Positions 48,601 to 56,650 of a stretch of 64,000 nucleotides of DNA are shown piece by piece. Position 1 is the stretch's first letter; every line of letters begins with the position of its first letter. The stretch is from Candidatus Krumholzibacteriota bacterium (GTDB taxonomy: Bacteria; Krumholzibacteriota; Krumholzibacteriia; JAJRXK01): positions 32,001-96,000 of the forward strand of contig CAWDWO010000035.1 in assembly GCA_963806035.1 (NCBI GenBank). The letters run 5' to 3'. The position numbers and the translations under genes were made by a program. A model generated the notes under the pieces. That model was not told the origin of the DNA and did no database searches. It saw nothing but the letters and a program-made list of their open reading frames with translations.

Positions 48601-49412
48601 TCGATGCCCTGCCCCAGCCGAGCGCCCTTCCGCGCGAGCGGCAGCACGAACTCAACACCCGTCTCTCGGCCGCGACCCGGCGCGGTTTCGGCCAGGTCAA
48701 TTTCGTCCTGCGGCAGGCCGAATCGTACCGGCAGGAGGGCCGCAGGGACGAAAGTCTGGCCGTGTTGCGCCAGGCCTTCGAGAAGGCCCAGGGAGAGGAC
48801 CGAATCCGCCTGGGCAGCGAGCTGGCCCGAGGCCTCAAGCACGTGGGCCGGCAGGAAGAAGCGCGGAGCATCTTCGAGAGCCTCAACGAGGAAGGGCTGG
48901 AGTGGACGGAGGTCTACTCCATGGTGGGACGCTGGCGGCTCGAACGGCTCGAACGCAAGAGCGATGCGCTGCGACAGAGGATCGACGCCAAACCCGACGA
49001 TGCCGAGGCGCGTCTGAAGCTCGGCGCCATCCTGCTCGAGCGCGATCGGGTGGAAGAGGCGGCCACCCTCCTCAGTGAAACCAGGACGGAGGGCGAAGCG
49101 CGTCTGCGTAGAGCCTGTCTTCTGGCGGACGCCTACCTGCGCCTGGATCGCTGCACGCGAGCTGAAGCGGTCCTGCATGCGGTGATGGATGAAGCAGAGG
49201 ACTTCTGGGAGGAAGAGTTGCAGTGGCGCATGGCCCAGTGCGCGCAGCGCATGGAACGTCACGCCGAATGCCATGCCCGCTACGAAAGACTTTTCGAGAG
49301 TACACGATACGGTGAACGCGCCCGCGAGAGGGCCACGGAGGCCTACGGCCGCTATCTCAGTGATCTCGCTGGAGAGTACCGCGCGGTGCTCTCTCGCGTG
49401 AGCACACTCTAG
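45606..49412 (+). CDS. Large TPR/alpha-solenoid protein
   Basis: About 1270 aa, helical Leu/Ala/Glu-rich, repeated A..L..DP.....R..LG motifs, no signal peptide. Confidence 0.82.
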   Translation: MDRNLEKNLRKIQGLREKGQLEKALSQLESWAKKNPDTPHYQYEAANVALDLGDHVNGLRWLKNLLRTAPDSRARVLDAVQERFENEPILPLGEFLVDRYLSRDDTESTFAVVQKLGEEALEQYRQKLKIRHAGLAPSSSPDLLKFSLYAQLAVAHAQKLPEEFAARARELLRAVPEEGEGLAGLCESELTNHPHCAALLAATGLAQLQAKKVQQACQNLSRVNGKENAESLLEVLREQRVSEEHRGAWLRTLAELSLASGSCEEAADFFREAADADPKSRTEILQRLENLPASIDAASAVPLWKLQLRLLVVMRRYSSVSKLIEKLQSQAEVDVGELRALMGEGEENSKSSTEMAYLLTEAALQAQDLAAAVQHTTEIPDQDEHSLHKVIRAIEQVMPEWSDEERLELAALQAVIYARLGQQRGANETLAELWEKEENASALFAVTRTCLQRVHPSARLLSAMLKPALSAGETDLLSEALDGLLRHNPEDLKWTADDIVTQLDEMPEYSETLLNILDRADKELGATQLLRYPMACAALSCGKVERAVPEFQILLMARPQLAEEVLERLRRALQQSPEDAELNLAAFDLLSEAQEHEEAERCLVRALRAEPERIQELSERFEQLLADAPQSSSLWLGYGEALYGIGRFAQLDELVKRALFAEIDAGSLADLRLLQARVLLDEGHVDDAVAHIELLLNETENTPSKAVEVLQGLLESDPGNARARYLLGVAAEDDLDLAVPSFCKAAELDRNLSANAAAQLDALLARPSASATHFLLVANFDRRFRDPESAARAYERALRLDANTADRVLADLSAELESPSATLSLLYTAAHAARNAGRLEQACQILTRLYGQNTGEIRHVLAELRKIAQEYPEELLPQRTSARILLADKQVNAAAELVASLSTNSNYPVELRRAMLEEFQQRVPSHWGLLMGLAQFRGQDGERDEASQLLWQALEHEDLDLESALTITESLLQDAPEHGELRLIQHDLLLRAGRVEEAFDALPQPSALPRERQHELNTRLSAATRRGFGQVNFVLRQAESYRQEGRRDESLAVLRQAFEKAQGEDRIRLGSELARGLKHVGRQEEARSIFESLNEEGLEWTEVYSMVGRWRLERLERKSDALRQRIDAKPDDAEARLKLGAILLERDRVEEAATLLSETRTEGEARLRRACLLADAYLRLDRCTRAEAVLHAVMDEAEDFWEEELQWRMAQCAQRMERHAECHARYERLFESTRYGERARERATEAYGRYLSDLAGEYRAVLSRVSTL

Positions 49413-49430
49413 TCAAAAGAGGAAGTCGAC

Positions 49431-50978
49431 ATGTACGACGAGAGCAATGACCAAACAACCACGGTTCAGGACAAAGATCCGGGCGCGAGCAAAGAGTCCC
49501 CCGCGACCGAGCGCGTAGTCCTTCAGGCCCTGGAGGGTTTGGCGCACGCCACGGACCGTCTGGTGGACGAGGTGAAGGAAAGCTCTCGCACTCAGGATGC
49601 GGCCTGGCGCGGCAGCCTGGCGGACGGGCTCGACGGAGTGGTGGACCAGGTGGAACACCGTCTCAGCAAAGAGAGGGGCCAGCTGGAATCCATCCTGCGG
49701 GGGGCCATGGAGGAAATCCTCGCGGCCAAGATCGAGGAATTGCGCGAGCTGGCCGGCGGAAAGTTCGACAGCGACGAGCTCGAGGAGACGGTCTCGCGGC
49801 GAGCCGAGCTCCTGGAGAACTCTCTCGCGGCGCGGCTCTCCGAAGTGCTTCAGGAGTCCCTGGCCAAGTACCTCGAGCTGCGCGGGGATGGCCCGGCCGA
49901 TGGAGGGACCCCCTCCGATGCGAGCGGACCCGTGAGTTCAGTCGCGGACACGAATTCAGGCGAGCTTCGCAATGAGGATACCGGCGCGATCGTCGAGACG
50001 GTAGTCGCCCAGTTCGAGGACAAGTTGAAGCAGGCGTTGAGCGAGCACGACGAGAGCGTCAACGACGCCTTCGCCTCTCGCGTCGAGAAGCTCTTGGACG
50101 AGGCTCTGGCCAAGCGAGCTGAAGCCGATTCAGAGGGCTACAAGTCCGCCCTGCAGGAATCTCTCGACGAGCAAAAAGACAGCGCCGAGCAAATGCTGAA
50201 GGAGCAATTGCAATCGCTCAAGGAATCGCTGGAGCAGTCGATTGCCTCGCTCAAGGAAGAAGTGCAGACGCAGGCCGAAGCTCTACGCAAGGTCTTTAAG
50301 GAGTCGAGCGAAGAGCGTTCGAGCCAGTTGAGCCACTGGCACGAGGAACAGAACGAGCGCATCGGGCAGATCGAAAGCGAGACCAAAGAACTCAGCTCCA
50401 TGGGTGAGCGCATCGAGAAGAGCCACGGGGAAATCTCGCAGTTCTTCGAGGATCAGAGAAAACGCGCACAGGCCGAAGAAGACCGCCAGCGCAAGGAAGA
50501 GGCGCGGCGTCTCAACAACGCCGGAGTGAGCGCCTACCATGCGGGAGAATTCGAGACCGCCCTCGGCCTCTTCGAGAAGGCGATCGAACGCGATGTCAAG
50601 TTCAGCCAGGCTTTCAACAACCTGGGGCTCACTCTGACCGAACTGGATCGTCACGAGGAAGCGCAGAATGCCTTCGAGTCCGCGCTCGAGTTGGATCCCG
50701 AGTTGGGCGCGACCTACAACAACCTGGGCTACGCGCTCTTCCTCCAGGAGAACTACGAGGCCGCCATCCAAATGTACAAGGAGGCGGTGGGCCGCCACTG
50801 CGACGTCAGCGCGGCCTGGACAAACCTCGGCAACGCCCACCACAAGCTGGGAGAGACCGAGAAGGCGGTGCAGGCCTGGCAGCACGCGCTCGAAGCCGAT
50901 CCGGGCAACGAACGCGCGCAGTCCTACCTGGAGCAGGTCACGGCCGGGATGAACCGGGACTCGTCGAAGAAATCCTAG
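49431..50978 (+). CDS. Coiled-coil protein with C-terminal TPR repeats
   Basis: Acidic coiled-coil N-terminus; AFNNLG, TYNNLG, AWTNLG repeats. Confidence 0.88.
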   Translation: MYDESNDQTTTVQDKDPGASKESPATERVVLQALEGLAHATDRLVDEVKESSRTQDAAWRGSLADGLDGVVDQVEHRLSKERGQLESILRGAMEEILAAKIEELRELAGGKFDSDELEETVSRRAELLENSLAARLSEVLQESLAKYLELRGDGPADGGTPSDASGPVSSVADTNSGELRNEDTGAIVETVVAQFEDKLKQALSEHDESVNDAFASRVEKLLDEALAKRAEADSEGYKSALQESLDEQKDSAEQMLKEQLQSLKESLEQSIASLKEEVQTQAEALRKVFKESSEERSSQLSHWHEEQNERIGQIESETKELSSMGERIEKSHGEISQFFEDQRKRAQAEEDRQRKEEARRLNNAGVSAYHAGEFETALGLFEKAIERDVKFSQAFNNLGLTLTELDRHEEAQNAFESALELDPELGATYNNLGYALFLQENYEAAIQMYKEAVGRHCDVSAAWTNLGNAHHKLGETEKAVQAWQHALEADPGNERAQSYLEQVTAGMNRDSSKKS

Positions 50979-52095
50979 GAGAACCCGCCGCCTTGGGAAG
51001 CAGTGGCTGCAGCTCGTGCAGGGCTTCCCACACTTCTTCCACGGAGATTCCCTCCATGGTGCCGTCGGCGCTCTGGAGAGCCACCAATTGCTCCGCGGGG
51101 GGCTTCCAGCTACTCGCCGGCGTGGGACCGAAGAGAGCCAGAGTAGGCACCCCCAAAGCTCCCGCCACGTGCATGATGCCGGTGTCGTTCACCAGGGCCA
51201 GCTCGGAGGCGGCCAGGGCCGCTCCCACCGTCCGCACCGAGACCCCGCGCAGCACGGGCAGAGAGAAACTCAGGAGCGCCTGCAGCTGGGCCGTGGCCTC
51301 CCCATCGGCGGGACCCTCCACGCACCAGGGAGACCATCCCGCCTCGCGAAGGCCCTGCACCACCCTTGCGAAGCGCTCCACCGGCCAGCGGTTGGCCCGC
51401 TTGCCGGCGCCCGGATGGACCGCGAAGTAGGGCCCATCCCCCACCGACTCGAGGAAGCGGGCGGCGCTCTCTTCGTCCTCTTCAGAGAGGATGAGGATGG
51501 TGCTCCTGTCGCTGGTGGTGATTCCGATGCTCGCGAGCGGCTGCAGGCCGTGATCGATCGCGTGCCCTCCGAGTTCCTTGCTGCTGGGCATCTGGAGATT
51601 GTAGAGCCACTGGCTGAAGGACCAACCGAAGGGCCGGCTGTCGCCCCCGATGATGCGCCGCGCCCCGCTCAATACCGCGATCCACGAGGAGGTTCCGCTG
51701 TAGGATACGCTATTGAGAACGATCGCCAGATCGGGATCGAAGTCCCGCAGCGAGCGAATGAAGCGAATCGCACGCACGAAGGAACGGCGCAGGCTCACTT
51801 TGTCGAAGAGGAAGACCCGCTCGAGGTAGGGATTGCCGCGCACCACACCGTCGTTCACCGGGGCGGTCACGATGGCCAGTCGGGCCCCGGGAAAGGTCTC
51901 CGCGATCGCGCGGATGGCGGGCACCGCGCAGAGCATGTCCCCCATCTGATTGTGCTGGCGAACGATCAGGATGCGCCGCGGACCTTCCGCCACGATCTCT
52001 TGCAGACTCAAGCGCGGCCGGTGAAAGAAGGGCCGCAGCAGCCATTCGAGCCCTCGTTTGAGCCAGCGGTCCCTCTTGCGATTCACGCGCTCCAT
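50938..52095 (-). CDS. Glycosyltransferase family 9 (LPS heptosyltransferase-like)
   Basis: QMGDML, HPGAGKRANRWP, NDTGIMHVAGALGVPTLALFGPT. Confidence 0.92.
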   Translation of the reverse strand: MERVNRKRDRWLKRGLEWLLRPFFHRPRLSLQEIVAEGPRRILIVRQHNQMGDMLCAVPAIRAIAETFPGARLAIVTAPVNDGVVRGNPYLERVFLFDKVSLRRSFVRAIRFIRSLRDFDPDLAIVLNSVSYSGTSSWIAVLSGARRIIGGDSRPFGWSFSQWLYNLQMPSSKELGGHAIDHGLQPLASIGITTSDRSTILILSEEDEESAARFLESVGDGPYFAVHPGAGKRANRWPVERFARVVQGLREAGWSPWCVEGPADGEATAQLQALLSFSLPVLRGVSVRTVGAALAASELALVNDTGIMHVAGALGVPTLALFGPTPASSWKPPAEQLVALQSADGTMEGISVEEVWEALHELQPLLPKAAGSPRISSTSPGSSRP

Positions 52096-52098
52096 TCC

Positions 52099-53061
52099 TC
52101 AGTTGCGCCGGTCACGCCAATCTGAAAGGCTCGCCGGCAGTTCTTCGAGCAGCCCAAGGTAGCGCCGGTAGCGGCCCGCATCCAGTTCGCCCCGCTCCAC
52201 CGCCGCGCGAACCGCACAGCCCGGTTCGTGATCGTGCAGGCAGTCGCGAAAGCGGCACTCTCCCTCGTGCGCGGCGAACTCGACGAAGCAGGCCGCGAGA
52301 TCGGGGCGCGCCATCCCCCAGAGGCCGAATTCGCGCATGCCGGGGGTGTCGGCCAGATACCCGCCGTGACTCAAGGGGAAGAGACGGCTGGTGGAAGTGG
52401 TGTGTCGGCCCTGACCGCTCTTCTCCGTGACCTGCGAGGTGCGCAGCTTCAGGCCAGGCTCCAGCGCGGTGATGAGGCTGGACTTGCCCACGCCGCTGAG
52501 ACCCACGAAAGCGCCAATCCCGCGCGACATGGCCTCGCGCAGCTCCTCGATCCCCTGGTCCTTCAGAGCCGAGCAGAGCTGCACCGGAAGACCGAGTGAG
52601 GCGTAGAGGGCGCGCACCGGGCCGGGATCGGCGGCTTCCTTCAGGTCCGCCTTGTTCAGCACCAGACCGAAGTCCACCCCCTGATGGCGGGCGGCCGCGA
52701 GGATCCGATCGACGAACATCAGATTGAGGGCTGGCTCGGCCAGAGAGGCGATGACCCACAGCCGGTCCAGGTTCGCGATGACCACCTGCTCCTGGTACTG
52801 GCGACGCCCTCCGCTGGGCGCGGGACGCGAGATCTGGTTCTCGCGCGGCAGGATCTCCTGGATGACGCCGTGCTGGCCCTTGGAACTGGCTTCCTCCTTG
52901 AAACGAACGCGATCGCCGATGACGGCCACGCGGACCTTCAGCTGACGGCCCTGGAGCAGACGGCCCGCGATGGTACAGGCCCGGATTTCGCCGCCATCCT
53001 CGCAGCTGGCCTGCACCAGGTAACGATTGGCGCCGTGTTGAATGACGAGACCTTCGATCAC
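52099..53061 (-). CDS. rsgA: Ribosome small subunit-dependent GTPase A
   Basis: NKAD, GLSGVGKSS, GRHTT, DTPG, CRFRDCLHDHEPGC. Confidence 0.96.
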   Translation of the reverse strand: MIEGLVIQHGANRYLVQASCEDGGEIRACTIAGRLLQGRQLKVRVAVIGDRVRFKEEASSKGQHGVIQEILPRENQISRPAPSGGRRQYQEQVVIANLDRLWVIASLAEPALNLMFVDRILAAARHQGVDFGLVLNKADLKEAADPGPVRALYASLGLPVQLCSALKDQGIEELREAMSRGIGAFVGLSGVGKSSLITALEPGLKLRTSQVTEKSGQGRHTTSTSRLFPLSHGGYLADTPGMREFGLWGMARPDLAACFVEFAAHEGECRFRDCLHDHEPGCAVRAAVERGELDAGRYRRYLGLLEELPASLSDWRDRRN

Positions 53062-53254
53062 ACACCCCCCACGGGCCTCCCCGCCGGCTCATCGCCACCG
53101 GGCCCCCTCTGATGGGTTCTTCCTTTGCAAACGAGGGAACAACAGTTCCCCGGACTTGTCTAGCTCACTCCCTTTTGCTACTGTTTCACCATCTTCTTGA
53201 AAAATCCTCTTTTCCCGCCGGGCTCCGTCATCGCGACTCCACCTGGCCCCACCG

Positions 53255-53716
53255 ATGAACGTCGAACAATTGATGCAGCATGTCGACCCCTCCCTCTGGA
53301 TCGGAAATCTCTCCGCACGCAACAAAGACGAAGCCCTGCAAAAACTGACGGAAGCCCTCGTTTCGTCGGGAAAAGTCAAGAATGGCGCGGTCATTCTGGA
53401 AATGCTGCGGAATCGTGAAGCGCTCGGATCCACCGCGGTGGGAAGTGGCGTGGCCTTCCCGCACGGTCGCTCCGTCGCCATTTCCGACCTGATCATCCTG
53501 GTCGCCCGCAGCCCCAAGGGAGTCGACTTCGACAGCATCGACGGAGAGAAGACCAAGCTCTTTTTTCTGCTCTTGGCGCCCCCGCAGGACCGGGGAAACA
53601 TTTATTTGCAGGCCCTGGGAGTGATCACCGGGCTGGTCCAGCGGGACGAGGTCCGGGAAAAGCTGCTGAAAGCCGCCAATTTCGATGCCATGATGACCGT
53701 GCTCAAGGAGGCCTGA
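53255..53716 (+). CDS. PTS IIA domain protein (Ntr/fructose type)
   Basis: REALGSTAVGSGVAFPHGR, GVDFDSIDG. Confidence 0.92.
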   Translation: MNVEQLMQHVDPSLWIGNLSARNKDEALQKLTEALVSSGKVKNGAVILEMLRNREALGSTAVGSGVAFPHGRSVAISDLIILVARSPKGVDFDSIDGEKTKLFFLLLAPPQDRGNIYLQALGVITGLVQRDEVREKLLKAANFDAMMTVLKEA

Positions 53717-53720
53717 GGCT

Positions 53721-54071
53721 TTGAGCCCCAAAAGCAACGTCCAGCTTCTCGTCGCTCTGCAAGACCTGGATCAGATGATCCGCGAAGCCGAAGACACCAA
53801 GAACCGGGAAGCTCTGGAGAAGATGGGATTCCCCGTGAGCGGGCTGGATGAGTTGCGAAAGGCCCACGCAAAACTGGAGTCACAGCTCCCGCCGCAACTG
53901 GTGCGCCGCTACAAGCGCATCAAGGATCGAACCGGAAGGGCCCTGGTTCCCGTGGTGGACAGCACCTGCACCGGCTGCTTCACCAACGTGCCCGCCATCT
54001 TCACCAGCGCGATCAACGAGAACAAAGTCATGTTCTGCGAGACCTGCGGCCGGATGCTCTTCTGGCCCTAG
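53721..54071 (+). CDS. C4-type zinc ribbon protein (CT398/HP0958-like, short)
   Basis: LVALQDLD N-terminus; CTGC...CETCGRML. Confidence 0.85.
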   Translation: MSPKSNVQLLVALQDLDQMIREAEDTKNREALEKMGFPVSGLDELRKAHAKLESQLPPQLVRRYKRIKDRTGRALVPVVDSTCTGCFTNVPAIFTSAINENKVMFCETCGRMLFWP

Positions 54072-54227
54072 ACCCCGGCCCTTCTCCTCCTCTTTTTTCG
54101 CCAAAGCCCACGGCGGCTTCTGAGCATTCACCACGGTCAAAATCCAACCACGGAGCTCGCTGGGTCCGCCACAGACCCTGGCTTGTATCGTATTTGATTC
54201 CAGCGACTTACTGGCAGGATTCGGGCT

Positions 54228-54243
54228 GGGCATCTCCGTTGCA
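54228..54243 (+). promoter_or_regulatory. Candidate sigma54 (-24/-12) promoter for bactofilin
   Basis: GGGCAT-ctccg-TTGCA, GG(54229-30)-N10-GC(54241-42). Confidence 0.5.
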
Positions 54244-54341
54244 CCAGGGCGCGGGCAGGGGGAGGTTCTTTGGCGACATCTTCCCTTTGGCACCTAACTT
54301 CAGCCCCGTATTCCGCAACGGGCCGCGACATTGGAGGAAGC

Positions 54342-54881
54342 ATGTTCGGAGGCAAAGACAAGCCGCAAGATTTCGATTCGATTCCCCCGACCCCGACCAC
54401 ACCCAGCGTGAACTCGACTCCCAAGCCCAAGAGCCAGAACAGGGACCAGAACAAGGACCAGATCACGGCCTACCTGGGACCGGACGTTCACATCGAGGGC
54501 AAGCTGAGCTTTCAGAACTCGGTTCTCATCGAGGGCCGCTTCAACGGAGAGATCGAGAGTGGAGGCAGCCTGATCATCGGCGAGAACGCCGAGGTCGACG
54601 CACAGATCACCACCAAGACCATCGCCATCAAGGGCAAGGTCAAGGGCAGCATTCAGGCTTCCGAGAGAGTGGAGCTCCAGGGCAATGGCGAGCTGCAGGG
54701 TGACATCGTGACACCTTCCTTGCAGATGGACGAGACGGTGTTTTTCCAGGGTTCCTGTTCGATGCCTTCGGCTTCGGGCACGCGGATCCAGTCCAAGAAG
54801 AGCGAGAACAGCTCGCAGACGAACTCGAAGAAAGAGAGCGTCGAGGAGATCGTGGACGCGGTGGGAAGCACCAAGGATTGA
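54342..54881 (+). CDS. Bactofilin (polymer-forming cytoskeletal protein)
   Basis: GGAGG RBS; AYLGPDVHIEGKL...IEGRFNGEI...GDIVTPSLQMDETVFFQGSCSM. Confidence 0.92.
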   Translation: MFGGKDKPQDFDSIPPTPTTPSVNSTPKPKSQNRDQNKDQITAYLGPDVHIEGKLSFQNSVLIEGRFNGEIESGGSLIIGENAEVDAQITTKTIAIKGKVKGSIQASERVELQGNGELQGDIVTPSLQMDETVFFQGSCSMPSASGTRIQSKKSENSSQTNSKKESVEEIVDAVGSTKD

Positions 54882-54914
54882 GCTGAGTCTCTACCCATCG
54901 ACTCCGAAGAGACG

Positions 54915-54947
54915 AAGGCCGGATCCCCGCGGGGATCCGGCCTTTTG
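54915..54947. terminator. Palindromic terminator between convergent genes
   Basis: aaggccggatccccgcggggatccggcctt followed by T-run. Confidence 0.8.
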
Positions 54948-54971
54948 CTTCCCCTGATCTGACGAGGCGCC

Positions 54972-56225
54972 TCAGATGTCGCCGGGAAGACCGCTGCTCT
55001 CTCTCAGGGTCAAGCCGCGCGCCAGTACCTCGTCGACTTCCTCCACGATGCGATTGGCCTCGCCACCGTCGTCGATTCCGTCCAGATCGCGGCTCTTGTC
55101 CTTCTCGAGTTTCTGCCGTTCGAAGGCCGCGATTTCCTCCGCGGTCATCACTCCCGGCTCCTTCTCGAAGATGAATTCCTCCGCGAAGTCGACCGTGATG
55201 AGGTCCCCGCGGACCACCTGCCCGCTCGAGATGAGGTGGCCGATGGGCGTCACGAGCTTGCTTTCGACCGCGCGGCGCAAAGGGCGCGCGCCGAAACGCG
55301 GATCGTGACCTTCCTCCACCAGTTTTTCCTTGGCCTTCGCGCTCACCCGCAAGAGGAAGGGCTCGGTGCAGCTTATGCTGCGGATGTGTATGTCGGCGAT
55401 GAGATTGTCCAGAATCTGGTAGAGGTGCGATTCCTTGAGGGTGTCGTAGCTGATCAGCTCGTCGAATCGATTCAAAAACTCGAAGGGAAAGACCTTGCGC
55501 GCCTCGCGCAGTGCGGCTTCGTGGACGTCATGATCCAGACGTTCCTCGTCGTCGCCGTCGTAGAAACCGATGTCCTGGTGGGAGAGATGCTTCCCCATGG
55601 CCTCGCTCCCCACGTTGGTGGTGAGCACGATGATGCTGCGCCGGAAATCGACTTCCTCGTTGTTGCCCAGCACCAGATTCCCGTCCTCGAGGATCCCGAG
55701 CAGCATGCTCCAGAGCTTGGGATGGGCCTTCTCGATCTCATCGAAAAGCACGAGCGAGAGCCCTCCCTCCTCGTCGCCATTGGAGAAGCTACCCAGGCTG
55801 TCCTGAAACAGTCCCAGTCCCTCCTCGACCGCCTTCTTGTAGTGCCTCTCCAGGTTCTCGGTGGAGAGCAGTGGCTTGATCTCGCCTCCCACGTAGCCCG
55901 GCGGGCTTCCCAGAAGTTTGGAGAGATTGTAGTGGGCCGAATATTCCTGGCAGTTCACTCGGGTGAAGGCCTTGCGGCTGCCGAAGAGAGCCTCGGCCAG
56001 GCAGCGCACGGTCTCGGTCTTTCCCACCCCGGTCGGGCCCAAGAGCATCATGGTGAGAATGGGGCTTTCCGGGTCGTGAATGCCCGCCAGGAGCCTGGAA
56101 AAGGAATTGGTGACGGTCTCCAGAGCGCCCGGCTGACCGACCACCATTTTCTGCATGAGGTCGTGAAAGCGGGCAAGCTGAGGGTTGCGCTGACTCGGAT
56201 CGAGCCGGACGCGATCGGAAGCCAC
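54972..56225 (-). CDS. Single-module Clp/Hsp100 AAA+ ATPase (ClpA/B/C D2-like only; start uncertain)
   Basis: VVGQ, GPTGVGKT, GSPPGYVG, FDEIEKAHP, IGF, EFLNRFD, GARPLRR. Confidence 0.9.
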   Translation of the reverse strand: MASDRVRLDPSQRNPQLARFHDLMQKMVVGQPGALETVTNSFSRLLAGIHDPESPILTMMLLGPTGVGKTETVRCLAEALFGSRKAFTRVNCQEYSAHYNLSKLLGSPPGYVGGEIKPLLSTENLERHYKKAVEEGLGLFQDSLGSFSNGDEEGGLSLVLFDEIEKAHPKLWSMLLGILEDGNLVLGNNEEVDFRRSIIVLTTNVGSEAMGKHLSHQDIGFYDGDDEERLDHDVHEAALREARKVFPFEFLNRFDELISYDTLKESHLYQILDNLIADIHIRSISCTEPFLLRVSAKAKEKLVEEGHDPRFGARPLRRAVESKLVTPIGHLISSGQVVRGDLITVDFAEEFIFEKEPGVMTAEEIAAFERQKLEKDKSRDLDGIDDGGEANRIVEEVDEVLARGLTLRESSGLPGDI

Positions 56226-56650
56226 GGGGCACCGTGCCGGTTGAGCCAAGGGAATCTCCTCCAGAAGGGCGGTCAAGCCGCGGTCGTGGCCTCTGCGCCC
56301 CCCCGGCGCACGAAGCGACGCTCTTGGTATCTGCAGGACATGCAGGATAAAGACCGGAAGCGAATGCCCGCGCCGGGGCCTCCTGATCCGCGCTTCGCCC
56401 CACGGGCCTCGTCCCACAGAGGGCGGGGAAGAGCGCGCCCCCATGGGGAATCATGGGGAGGGCGGCTCCCCCGATCTACCCCACGAGAGAGACTTCGGGT
56501 GGGCTCGGGGGCGGCTAATTCAGGGAATTTTGCTCAGGAAAATCGCCCCCGCAGGGGCTGGCGAAGCTTGCAAAAGGAAAGGGAGTCTCGCATCACGGCA
56601 AGACTCCCCTGACCAAAATTCGTCCTCTCGGGGCGGCGGTGCCGGGGACC

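Noticed and set aside
54169..54190. acagaccctggcttgta resembles the 3' end of RNase P RNA, and rnpB often lies near C4 zinc-ribbon genes
   Set aside because: No GAGGAAAGTCC 5' motif upstream and only about 100 bp of space after the previous CDS
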